DNA of 56,594 nt from assembly GCA_902783615.1 (NCBI GenBank), contig CACZRQ010000129.1:1-56594 (forward strand). Reading direction: 5' to 3'. The first letter of the stretch is position 1, and every line of letters begins with the position of its first letter. The DNA comes from an uncultured Bacteroidales bacterium (GTDB lineage Bacteria; Bacteroidota; Bacteroidia; Bacteroidales; Bacteroidaceae). Under the pieces are notes generated by a model. It did no database searches. It saw only the letters and a program-made list of their open reading frames with translations, and was not told the DNA's origin. The position numbers were made by a program, and so were the translations under genes. This document shows positions 9,631 to 18,231 of the stretch, in pieces.

Positions 9631-11061
9631 ATGAGTAAACCATTAGTTGAAACAAAGGCAAGGGTGGGTGTGTTCTCCATCGCCTTGCAGGCATATTTGC
9701 CACAGTTCCCTCAGCTCGTTCCCGAGTTTGAGGCTCAGTATGCAGCATTCAAGCAGACATTGCCAGACACCATCGAGATAGTGGATGGCGGCATGGTAAC
9801 CACCAAAGAGCAGTCGATGGCAGCAGGCGACAAGTTCCGTGCCGCTGATGTTGACTTGGTGATCTTGCAGATGCTTACCTATTGCACCTCTTATAATATG
9901 TTGCCAGCCGTTCGCGACCTCAACGTGCCGGTGGTGATTGTCAACGTACAGAAGAAGTTGGCTCCTGACTATGCCAAGACCGACATACCTATTTGGTTAG
10001 GTGAACTTTATGCTTGTGGTGCCATTGGCGAGATGGTGGCTGACTTGAACCGTGCAGGGAAGCGTTCTGCAGTAATCACAGGTGTGGTGGAAGGTGGCGA
10101 CCCAGGCGTGCAGGCTGAGATAGAGGACTGGTGCAAGGCTGCCCAGGTGCGCCGTCGTTTCCGTGATACCAACATCGCACAGATTGGCCGTCCATATCCA
10201 GGCATGATGGACCTCTATATAGACGAGACCAACCTTTACCATCGCATGTTTGTCTATACCAAGCAGTTCGATTGGGAGCAGATGTGGGCTATCGCAGATA
10301 ACATCACCGATGAGACTGCCATCAAGGCAAAGGCAGAGGACATCCTTAATACTTTCGACATCGAGGGTGGTGGCACCATCGAGAAGGTTTGGGATATGGC
10401 GAAGTATGTAGTCGCTTTCGAGCAGTGGGTGAAGGATGAGAAGTTGGGCATGATTGCCTCCCACTATGCTGGCTTTGCACAGGGTGTGGCAGGCAAGCTC
10501 GACTCGATGCTGATTCCTGCTTTCTCCATGCTGATCAAGCAGCATACGGCTTGTGCCGTTGAGGGCGACATGAAGGTGGCTATGGCGATGTCAATCCTGA
10601 AGACCATCTCTGGCACAGGTACGCTGGCAGAGATGTACTCCATCGACTTCCCCAAAGACATCTGCATCATTGGCCACTCTGGCTCTGGCGACTTCGATAT
10701 TTCACAGGCTCGCAAGCCGACAATGAAGATTGTGCCTGTGTTCCATGGAAAGACGGGTGGTGGCTATCTCACCCAGTTCTATCCTCCTACAGGTCCTGTT
10801 ACCTATTTGGCTATCACCCAGGATGCTAACGGCAAGTTCAAGTTTGTGGTGGCAGAGGGTGTGAACGAGGAAGGTCCTATCTTCATGTTTGGCGATACCA
10901 ACATGCGAACGAAGTTCTCGTTGAGCTGCCGTGAGTTTGTGAACAAGTGGAGCGAGGCTGGTCCTACCCACCACATGGCAGCTGCTGTGGGTCGCCACAT
11001 CGACACCATCCTCAAGGTGGCGAAGATTTTCGATATCGAGGTTGATGTAGTTTGCAGATAA
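9631..11061 (+). CDS. L-arabinose/L-fucose isomerase-fold sugar isomerase occupying the rhaA slot
   Basis: AVEGDMK, LAEMY, GHSG and GPTHH match the four AraA metal-ligand motifs (EGD, E, H, HH); not a RhaA-type TIM barrel. Confidence 0.8.
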   Translation: MSKPLVETKARVGVFSIALQAYLPQFPQLVPEFEAQYAAFKQTLPDTIEIVDGGMVTTKEQSMAAGDKFRAADVDLVILQMLTYCTSYNMLPAVRDLNVPVVIVNVQKKLAPDYAKTDIPIWLGELYACGAIGEMVADLNRAGKRSAVITGVVEGGDPGVQAEIEDWCKAAQVRRRFRDTNIAQIGRPYPGMMDLYIDETNLYHRMFVYTKQFDWEQMWAIADNITDETAIKAKAEDILNTFDIEGGGTIEKVWDMAKYVVAFEQWVKDEKLGMIASHYAGFAQGVAGKLDSMLIPAFSMLIKQHTACAVEGDMKVAMAMSILKTISGTGTLAEMYSIDFPKDICIIGHSGSGDFDISQARKPTMKIVPVFHGKTGGGYLTQFYPPTGPVTYLAITQDANGKFKFVVAEGVNEEGPIFMFGDTNMRTKFSLSCREFVNKWSEAGPTHHMAAAVGRHIDTILKVAKIFDIEVDVVCR

Positions 11062-11133
11062 ATGATGAATGAAGAATGCGGAATGAAGAATTACCATAAA
11101 TTCTTAATTCTTAATTCCTAATTCTAAATTTAT
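11061..11133. repeat. Heptamer array: AATGAAG-type x5, then AATTCTT-type x5 (roughly inverted)
   Basis: AATGATG AATGAAG AATGCGG AATGAAG AATTACC ... AATTCTT AATTCTT AATTCCT AATTCTA AATTTAT. Confidence 0.8.
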
Positions 11134-11138
11134 GTATT

Positions 11139-12176
11139 ATGGAGATTATCATTGGATTGTTGATTATCGCGATAGGTGCCTTCTGCCAAAGCAGTTGCTA
11201 TGTGCCTATCAACAAGATCAAGGACTGGAGCTGGGAAAGCTATTGGATTGTGCAGGGCGTGTTTGCCTGGCTGGTTTTCCCATTGCTCGGTGCCTTGCTG
11301 GCTGTGCCTGAAGGGCATAGCCTGACGGAGCTGTTTGCCACTGCCCCCTCCTTCAACGTGTGGATGACCATCTTCTTTGGTGTGCTTTGGGGAGTGGGAG
11401 GCTTGACCTTCGGCTTGTCGATGAGGTATCTGGGTGTGGCACTGGGTCAGAGCATTGCCTTGGGCACTTGTGCTGGCTTGGGCACCATCATGGGACCTGT
11501 GCTGCTGAACATCTATTTCCCAGAGCAGAAGCCTTTGGAGAGTCTGACATCGGCAGTCATCATTGGTGTGGTGGTTACCCTGATAGGTATTGCCATCATC
11601 GGTATCGCTGGCCACATGAAGGCGCAGAGCCTGACGGAGGAAGAGAAGAAGGCAGCTGTGAAGGATTTCAACTTCCCCAAGGGAATTGTGATTGCCCTGT
11701 TGGCTGGCTTCATGAGTGGATGCTTCAACGTGGGCTTGGAGTTTGGCAAGGATATCAACTTTGGTGAGCTGACCAACCCGATGTTCAGCACCCTGCCTGC
11801 CACCTTGCTGGTAACCTTGGGTGGTTTTGTGACCAATGCCATCTATTGCTTCTATCAGAACAGTAAGAACAAGACTTGGGGTGATTATGGTAAGTCTTCC
11901 ATTTGGGGCAACAACCTGTTGTTCTGTGCTTTGGCTGGCTTGTTGTGGTACAGCCAGTTCTTTGGACTGAGCTTGGGCAAGGGCTTCCTGACGGAGAGTC
12001 CAACGCTCACCACCTTTGCCTTCTGCATCCTGATGGCACTCAATGTGGTGTTCAGCAACGTGTGGGGCATCATCCTGAAAGAATGGAAGGGCGTTTCGCA
12101 GAAAACCATTGTGGTATTGATTATTGGCATTGTGGTGCTGATTGTCTCCACCTTTGTGCCGGAACTACTTAAATAA
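11139..12176 (+). CDS. rhaT: L-rhamnose/H+ symporter
   Basis: About 10 TM helices; KIKDWSWESYW, WGVGGLTFGLSMRYLG and GIILKEWKG motifs. Confidence 0.93.
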   Translation: MEIIIGLLIIAIGAFCQSSCYVPINKIKDWSWESYWIVQGVFAWLVFPLLGALLAVPEGHSLTELFATAPSFNVWMTIFFGVLWGVGGLTFGLSMRYLGVALGQSIALGTCAGLGTIMGPVLLNIYFPEQKPLESLTSAVIIGVVVTLIGIAIIGIAGHMKAQSLTEEEKKAAVKDFNFPKGIVIALLAGFMSGCFNVGLEFGKDINFGELTNPMFSTLPATLLVTLGGFVTNAIYCFYQNSKNKTWGDYGKSSIWGNNLLFCALAGLLWYSQFFGLSLGKGFLTESPTLTTFAFCILMALNVVFSNVWGIILKEWKGVSQKTIVVLIIGIVVLIVSTFVPELLK

Positions 12177-12209
12177 TTGACGATTGACAATTAACAATTG
12201 ACGATTAAA
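12175..12209. repeat. Heptamer array (A/G)ATT(G/A)AC x5
   Basis: AATTGAC GATTGAC AATTAAC AATTGAC GATTAAA between rhaT and rhaD. Confidence 0.85.
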
Positions 12210-12219
12210 AACTATCATT

Positions 12220-13029
12220 ATGACTTCGATTTTAGATAATAGACCAAAATTAGCTGCTGAGGTGAACAAAGTGGCTGAGGTGGCTGGCTACCTTTGGCAA
12301 AAAGGTTGGGCAGAAAGAAACGGTGGCAACATCACCGTAAATATAACTGAATATGTGGACGATGAGATGAAGGCAATGCCTGCCATCAGCGAGGTGAAGC
12401 AGATTGGCACCACCTTGCCACACCTGAAAGGCTGCTACTTCTATTGCAAGGGCACAGGCAAGAGAATGAGAGACCTGGCTCGTTGGCCTATGGACAATGG
12501 CTCCATCATCCGCATACTGGACGATTGTGCTTCCTACGTGATTATTGCCGACAACCCAGTGCAACCCACCAGCGAGCTGCCTTCTCACCTGAGTGTGCAC
12601 AACTGGCTCATTGGCTCGGGCTCGCCCTACAAGGCAAGTCTGCACACCCATCCCATCGAGTTGGTGGCACTTACCCATAGCCAGAAATGGCTGGAGAAAG
12701 ATGCCGCTACCCGCATGTTGTGGAGCATGATACCTGAAACCAAGGCGTTCTGCCCCAGGGGTCTGGGCATCATTCCTTACAAGTTGCCAAGCAGCGTGGA
12801 GCTGGCTGATGCCACCCTTGCCGAGCTGGGCGACTACGATGTGGTGATGTGGGAGAAGCATGGTGTGTTTGCCGTAGATGTGGACATCATGAGTGCCTTC
12901 GACCAAGTGGATGTGCTCAACAAGTCTGCCCTCATTTATATTGCTGCTAAGAGCATGGGTTTCGAGCCAGAGGGTATGAGTGATGAGCAGATGAAAGAAA
13001 TGACGGTTGCATTTAATTTACCCAAATGA
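12220..13029 (+). CDS. rhaD: Rhamnulose-1-phosphate aldolase (class II)
   Basis: KGWAERNGGN, PTSELPSH, HTHP and WEKHG motifs. Confidence 0.93.
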   Translation: MTSILDNRPKLAAEVNKVAEVAGYLWQKGWAERNGGNITVNITEYVDDEMKAMPAISEVKQIGTTLPHLKGCYFYCKGTGKRMRDLARWPMDNGSIIRILDDCASYVIIADNPVQPTSELPSHLSVHNWLIGSGSPYKASLHTHPIELVALTHSQKWLEKDAATRMLWSMIPETKAFCPRGLGIIPYKLPSSVELADATLAELGDYDVVMWEKHGVFAVDVDIMSAFDQVDVLNKSALIYIAAKSMGFEPEGMSDEQMKEMTVAFNLPK

Positions 13030-14666
13030 AGACAATACTTGAGCCCATCAAGCCTTTTGGCAAGCTGTTGGGCAAACAGAGGCGCAAGAAGGATGCCACC
13101 TATCGGCTCATGAACTTTGTGGTGCAGACCCCCGTGGATGAGGGTCTGCTCCTCTTGCATACCATGACCAAGGAGATGTTGCTCCTTTCGCCAGAAGAGC
13201 AACAGGTGTTTGAGAAGAATCCTGTTGACTTGCCTGAGCTGATAGACAAGTGGTATCTGGTGCCCACAGAGCACGATGACAGGAAACTGAGTCGCCAACT
13301 GCGAAAGGTAGCCAAGATGATGAGTAAGCCCGAGAAAGGCATCACGGGCTATACCATCATGACTACCAGTGATTGCAATGCCCATTGCTTCTATTGCTAT
13401 GAGCTGGGGCAATCGCGCTTACCCATGAGTGAAGAGACGGCTCGGCAGACGGCACAATTCATCATCAACCATTGTGAGAAAAAGGCTGTGAACATTGAAT
13501 GGTTTGGAGGCGAACCTCTCTTTAACAAACCTGTCATCACATTGATTTGCAATCTGCTGAAAGAGGCGGGGGTGAAATACACTTCGTCGATGATTAGCAA
13601 TGGATACCTCTTTGATGCCGATACGGTGAAGGAAGCCAAGGAGCTTTGGAACCTGAAACGTGTGCAGATTACCATTGATGGCACCGAACAGATTTACAAC
13701 CGAGTGAAGGCCTACATATACAAAGGGGTGAATGCCTATCAGAGGGTGATGGATAACATCGAGGGTTTGCTAAAGGCCAAGATAGCTGTGGCCATTCGCA
13801 TGAACATTGATATGCACAATGCCGAAGATTTGGAGAATGTGGTTGATTATCTGCATGAACGATTTGGTAAGTCGAAGTTGCTGAGTCCTTATGTGCATAC
13901 CCTTTTTGAGGACGAAAAAATCAAGGTGGCTGTTCTGCAAGACGATAAACGGAAGAAGGTGCTGGCACAGCGAAGGCACATTCACGACAAGTTGCATGCA
14001 TGGGGTATGTACAATCCTGGTGTTTTCGAGCCTTACATCAAGACCAACAATTGTATGTCGGATAGCACCAACCATGTGGTTGTTCAGCCATCAGGACACC
14101 TCACGAAGTGTGAGCATTATACCGACAGTCACCATGTGGGTCATGTGGCTCAGGAGGGTTTTGACGAGCAGATGCTGGCCTATTTCAGGGCTGAGGGTGA
14201 GGAGCCTCAGGAGGCTTGTGCCACTTGTGCCCATTACCCCATGTGCTACTTCCTGAGTGCTTGTCCGAACCTGAAGGAGTGCTATCCTGAGATGCCAGCT
14301 GATTATGTGCATGAGATGCAGGATCAGATGCGGACTGTCTATGCCAGCTTCCTGAAACCCAAGAAGAATGCCAAGAAGGCGCAAAAGAAGAAAGAGAGTC
14401 AGCCCAAGAAGTTTGGGGTGATGAATTCGAAGATTGAGGTGGTGCCTTTGGCAAGTCATTATGTGGTGGCATTCAAGAACCCCACTACGCTTCACATGAA
14501 TAAGGTGATGAAGCTCAATGCCTTGGGAGTGGATATTCTGGTGGGATATGTGGAGGAGCGTCCTGCCCAGGAATTGGCGTTGGAATTGGCAAAACGATAT
14601 GAAGCTAATGCCGAGAACATGCTCCATGAGGTCACCAGCTTCTATGCCGATTTGGAGAAGTATTGA
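13026..14666 (+). CDS. Radical SAM/SPASM protein with a C-terminal PqqD/RRE-like domain
   Basis: CNAHCFYC (CxxxCxxC), FGGEP, QITIDG; SPASM Cys pattern C..G.L.KC..CxxC....C.....C; Lys-rich linker; ~80-aa PqqD-like tail (LNALG.DI...LA.RYE.......EV..F...L); ATGA overlap with rhaD. Confidence 0.85.
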   Translation: MKTILEPIKPFGKLLGKQRRKKDATYRLMNFVVQTPVDEGLLLLHTMTKEMLLLSPEEQQVFEKNPVDLPELIDKWYLVPTEHDDRKLSRQLRKVAKMMSKPEKGITGYTIMTTSDCNAHCFYCYELGQSRLPMSEETARQTAQFIINHCEKKAVNIEWFGGEPLFNKPVITLICNLLKEAGVKYTSSMISNGYLFDADTVKEAKELWNLKRVQITIDGTEQIYNRVKAYIYKGVNAYQRVMDNIEGLLKAKIAVAIRMNIDMHNAEDLENVVDYLHERFGKSKLLSPYVHTLFEDEKIKVAVLQDDKRKKVLAQRRHIHDKLHAWGMYNPGVFEPYIKTNNCMSDSTNHVVVQPSGHLTKCEHYTDSHHVGHVAQEGFDEQMLAYFRAEGEEPQEACATCAHYPMCYFLSACPNLKECYPEMPADYVHEMQDQMRTVYASFLKPKKNAKKAQKKKESQPKKFGVMNSKIEVVPLASHYVVAFKNPTTLHMNKVMKLNALGVDILVGYVEERPAQELALELAKRYEANAENMLHEVTSFYADLEKY

Positions 14667-14764
14667 TTGATGATTTCCTTCGAAGCCATGATTGATTTCC
14701 ATCATATATGGTTTCTTTTGGAATAAAAAATGCTTGCCGATAAACAACATAACGATTTTTTTTG

Positions 14765-14772
14765 TATTTTTG
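14765..14772 (+). promoter_or_regulatory. -7 box (TATTTTTG) upstream of the ABM lipoprotein genes
   Basis: TAnnTTTG 40 nt upstream of ATG 14813. Confidence 0.5.
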
Positions 14773-14812
14773 CCGCTGATTTTGAGAGACAAATTAAAAA
14801 AGCAAGGAGAAA

Positions 14813-15511
14813 ATGAAGAAAATGTTATTGATGATGGCTGTTGTAATGACCGCCATGTTAGCCGCTTGTGGTGGCAACAAGAAAGCAAATGAGAATGTAG
14901 CAGAAGCAGAAGCTGTAAACGAGAGCACCATCCGCATTAACTGTATGCTGACGGTGGATGCTGCCAATCGCGACAAGGCTGTTGAGTTGTGCAAGCAATT
15001 AGTGGCAGCTTCGCTAGGCGATGAGGGTGTGATTGACTATGATGTGTTGGAAAGTGTGACTCGTCCAACCAAGTTGATGATTTTCGAGACTTGGAAAGAC
15101 CAGGCTTCACTCGACAAACATTCAGCATCTGTGCACTTCACCACGTTGGTGCCTCAGATTCAGCAACTCGGCAATCTGGAGATCAAGCAGATGGAACTGA
15201 AGAAGGATGTTCAGCTCGACCCAGAGAAACCTTTCCGATTCAACATCATGATGACCACCAAATCAGGTCAGCGCGATGCTTATATCAGTCAGGTGAAGAG
15301 CGTGATTGAGGGAACGCTGAAGAATGATGCAGGCAACATTGACTATGACTATTTCAACAGTCTGACTCGTCCGAACAAGACCATGCTGTTGGAAATCTGG
15401 GAGAACCAGAAGTCGCTCGATGGTCACATGAAGGCTCCTCACTTCACCAATCGTCCAGACACCAAGGATTTGATGGGTGGTGATTCTGAGTTTGCAAGAA
15501 TGGCAGAATAA
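14813..15511 (+). CDS. Lipoprotein with two ABM (YgiN/LsrG-like dimeric alpha-beta barrel) domains
   Basis: Lipobox LAAC; DEGVIDYD..IFETWKDQASLDKH...HF repeated as DAGNIDYD..LLEIWENQKSLDGH...HF. Confidence 0.8.
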   Translation: MKKMLLMMAVVMTAMLAACGGNKKANENVAEAEAVNESTIRINCMLTVDAANRDKAVELCKQLVAASLGDEGVIDYDVLESVTRPTKLMIFETWKDQASLDKHSASVHFTTLVPQIQQLGNLEIKQMELKKDVQLDPEKPFRFNIMMTTKSGQRDAYISQVKSVIEGTLKNDAGNIDYDYFNSLTRPNKTMLLEIWENQKSLDGHMKAPHFTNRPDTKDLMGGDSEFARMAE

Positions 15512-15540
15512 TTTGTAATTAGCAATAAATAAAAAGGATA

Positions 15541-16239
15541 ATGAAGAGGCAATTTTGGGGAAAAGTAATTTTACTGATGTCTATCATGACAATATGCGCT
15601 TGCGGAGGTTCGAATGATGATACAAGTGATATTGTCCTTGCGGATATTGGTATTATTCGTGTCAATGATGTTATGAGGGTTAGTTCTGCTAATCGCGATA
15701 AGGTCATCGATCTATATAAGCAACTGATCGTAGCTTCTATGGGCGACCCAGGCATAATCAACTTTGACATCATGGAGAGTGTGACAGACTCCAATCAATT
15801 GATCATGTTTCAGACTTGGAGAAACCAAGAGGCATTTGACAAACATTGCCAGACGGAACATGTCAACTCCATAATGCCTCAAATCCAGAGATACATAGAA
15901 TTGGTAGATGGCAAGGAGTTTACCATCGAATCGATGGATGATATAGACCCGGATAAGCCTTTCCGCTTCAACGTGTTGATGAGGTCTGACAATCGTGAGG
16001 AATATGTCAAGATTGTGAGGCCTGTGATAAGAGAAGTACGCCAGCGCGATGAGGGTAACATGGGATATGATTTGTACAGAAGTCTAACCAACCCACATGA
16101 AGCTTTGCTGGTGGAGATATGGGAGAACAGGCTGGCATTAGTCAGGCATTTAAATTCTGATCATTTCTTAGAAGCACGTAAAAAGACAAAAGGGCTGGTG
16201 TCAAAGCAACAATATTTGGCTCGCATGCAAGAAGAATAA
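15541..16239 (+). CDS. Paralogous lipoprotein with two ABM domains
   Basis: Lipobox ICAC; same 232-aa length and shared motifs with the upstream gene (ANRDK, KQL..AS.GD.G, DP.KPFRFN, EIWEN...L..H...HF). Confidence 0.8.
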   Translation: MKRQFWGKVILLMSIMTICACGGSNDDTSDIVLADIGIIRVNDVMRVSSANRDKVIDLYKQLIVASMGDPGIINFDIMESVTDSNQLIMFQTWRNQEAFDKHCQTEHVNSIMPQIQRYIELVDGKEFTIESMDDIDPDKPFRFNVLMRSDNREEYVKIVRPVIREVRQRDEGNMGYDLYRSLTNPHEALLVEIWENRLALVRHLNSDHFLEARKKTKGLVSKQQYLARMQEE

Positions 16240-16240
16240 A

Positions 16241-18217
16241 ATGATTTCAGTTGATAACCTGAAAGTAGAATTCAATGCAACCCCACTGTTTGAGGACGTG
16301 GGGTTTGTCATTAATCGTAAGGATCGCATTGCCTTGGTGGGTAAGAACGGTGCCGGCAAATCAACACTTCTGAAAGTGCTGGCAGGCCTGCAATCACCTA
16401 CAGAGGGGCAAGTGTCGGTGCCTCGCGACTGTACCATAGGTTATCTGCCACAGGTGATGGTGCTGAGCGATGAGCATACTGTGATGCAGGAGGCCGAGAA
16501 GGCTTTCGACGACGTGAAACAGTTGCAGGATGAGTTGGAGAGGATGAACCATGAACTGGCTGAACGCACAGATTACGTGAGTGAGAGCTACCATGAGCTG
16601 ATAGAACGATTTACCCACCAAAGCGAACGCTTTAACATGATGGGTGGTACCAACTATCAGGCTGAGATTGAGCGGACCCTGCAAGGCTTGGGCTTTGAGA
16701 GAAGCGACTTCGACAGGCCAACCCGCGAGTTCTCGGGAGGTTGGCGCATGCGTATCGAGTTAGCGAAGCTCTTGTTGAGGCATCCAGATGTGCTTTTGCT
16801 GGATGAACCTACCAACCACCTCGACATCGAGAGCATCGAATGGCTTGAGAACTTCTTGGCTACCAAGGCTAACGCCGTGATGCTGGTGAGCCACGACAGG
16901 GCTTTCCTGAATAATGTAACTACACGAACCATTGAGATATCTTGTCGTCACATCTATGACTATAAGGTGAAGTACGACGAATTTGTGGCGCTTCGTCAAG
17001 AGCGTCGCGAACAGCAAATGCGTGCCTATCAGAATCAGCAGAAGATGATTCAAGACACCACCGATTTCATTGAACGTTTCAGATACAAAGCCACCAAAGC
17101 CGTGCAGGTGCAGAGCCGCATCAAGATGCTTGAAAAGGTGGTGCCTATCGAGGTGGATGAGGTGGATAACTCCACCCTGAAGCTGAAGTTTGTGTGCTCA
17201 GACCGTAGCGGAAGCTATCCTGTGATTTGCGATGAGGTGGGGAAGGCCTTTGGTAAGCATCAGGTGTTCGATCATGTGAACCTTACCATCAATAGAGGCG
17301 ATAAAGTGGCTTTCGTGGGTAGAAATGGAGAAGGAAAGACCACGCTGGTGCGTTGTATCATGCAGCAGATCAATGACTATACTGGTAAACTTACGATTGG
17401 ACATAATGTGAAGATAGGCTATTTTGCCCAAAACCAGGCTCAGCTGTTGGACGAAGAACTCACCGTGTATCAAACCATCGATTATGTAGCTACAGGCGAT
17501 TGGCGACTCAAGATACGTGATATCCTGGGTGCCTTCATGTTTGGTGGCGATGACATCGACAAAAAAGTGAAAGTGTTGAGTGGAGGAGAACGTACTCGTT
17601 TGGCTATGATCAAGTTGCTGCTTCAACCCGTGAACTTCCTCATCCTGGATGAACCTACCAATCACCTCGATATGCGCTCGAAAGATGTGCTCAAGGAAGC
17701 CATCAGTCAGTTTGAGGGAACAGTGATTGTGGTGAGCCACGATCGCGACTTCCTCGATGGGTTGGTGCAGAAGGTGTATGAGTTTGGTGGAGGTAAGGTG
17801 AAAGAACACTTGGGTGGTATCTACGACTTCCTGCGTGAGAAACACGAACAACTTCTGCGTCAAGGCACTGACGCCAATGTGAGTGAAAGAGGCCTTGATG
17901 CCCTCTTCACCCAGAAGGAAGGGGCTAACAAGTCTGCTGCTGAGGGATCCAAACAACCCAAGGCGGGAGCATTGAGCTATGCTGAGCAGAAAGAGTTCAA
18001 CAAAAAGCTGAAGAAAGCCGAACGCATGGTGGAGAACTGCGAAGTTACCATTAGCGAGACGGAATCAGCCATCTCTATCCTGGAAGCCCAGATGGCAACC
18101 CCAGAGGGAGCTGCTGACATGAGCCTCTATGAGAAACATCAACGTCTGAAACAGGCTTTGGACAAGGCAATGGAAGAATGGGAAGTTGCCTCAGAAGAAT
18201 TGGAAAAACTTAAATAA
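16241..18217 (+). CDS. ABC-F family ATPase (YheS/YbiT-like ribosome-associated factor)
   Basis: Two ABC cassettes (GKNGAGKST/FSGGW/LLDEPTNHLD and GRNGEGKTT/LSGGE/LDEPTNHLD), no TM segments, C-terminal coiled coil. Confidence 0.92.
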   Translation: MISVDNLKVEFNATPLFEDVGFVINRKDRIALVGKNGAGKSTLLKVLAGLQSPTEGQVSVPRDCTIGYLPQVMVLSDEHTVMQEAEKAFDDVKQLQDELERMNHELAERTDYVSESYHELIERFTHQSERFNMMGGTNYQAEIERTLQGLGFERSDFDRPTREFSGGWRMRIELAKLLLRHPDVLLLDEPTNHLDIESIEWLENFLATKANAVMLVSHDRAFLNNVTTRTIEISCRHIYDYKVKYDEFVALRQERREQQMRAYQNQQKMIQDTTDFIERFRYKATKAVQVQSRIKMLEKVVPIEVDEVDNSTLKLKFVCSDRSGSYPVICDEVGKAFGKHQVFDHVNLTINRGDKVAFVGRNGEGKTTLVRCIMQQINDYTGKLTIGHNVKIGYFAQNQAQLLDEELTVYQTIDYVATGDWRLKIRDILGAFMFGGDDIDKKVKVLSGGERTRLAMIKLLLQPVNFLILDEPTNHLDMRSKDVLKEAISQFEGTVIVVSHDRDFLDGLVQKVYEFGGGKVKEHLGGIYDFLREKHEQLLRQGTDANVSERGLDALFTQKEGANKSAAEGSKQPKAGALSYAEQKEFNKKLKKAERMVENCEVTISETESAISILEAQMATPEGAADMSLYEKHQRLKQALDKAMEEWEVASEELEKLK

Positions 18218-18231
18218 CAACAATAGAAAAA

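Noticed and set aside
8142-9680. 512-aa minus-strand ORF, and similar long antisense ORFs such as 20812-21756, 19006-20130 and 36885-37808
   Set aside because: Antisense shadows of well-supported genes (rhaB, purH, pepO, thiamine receptor) with no recognisable motifs; expected from codon bias
12175-12209. Heptamer arrays as CRISPR repeats
   Set aside because: 7-bp tandem units with no spacers and no cas genes
16241-18217. ABC-F as an antibiotic-resistance gene
   Set aside because: Looks like the housekeeping ABC-F beside pepO and purH, with no mobile context
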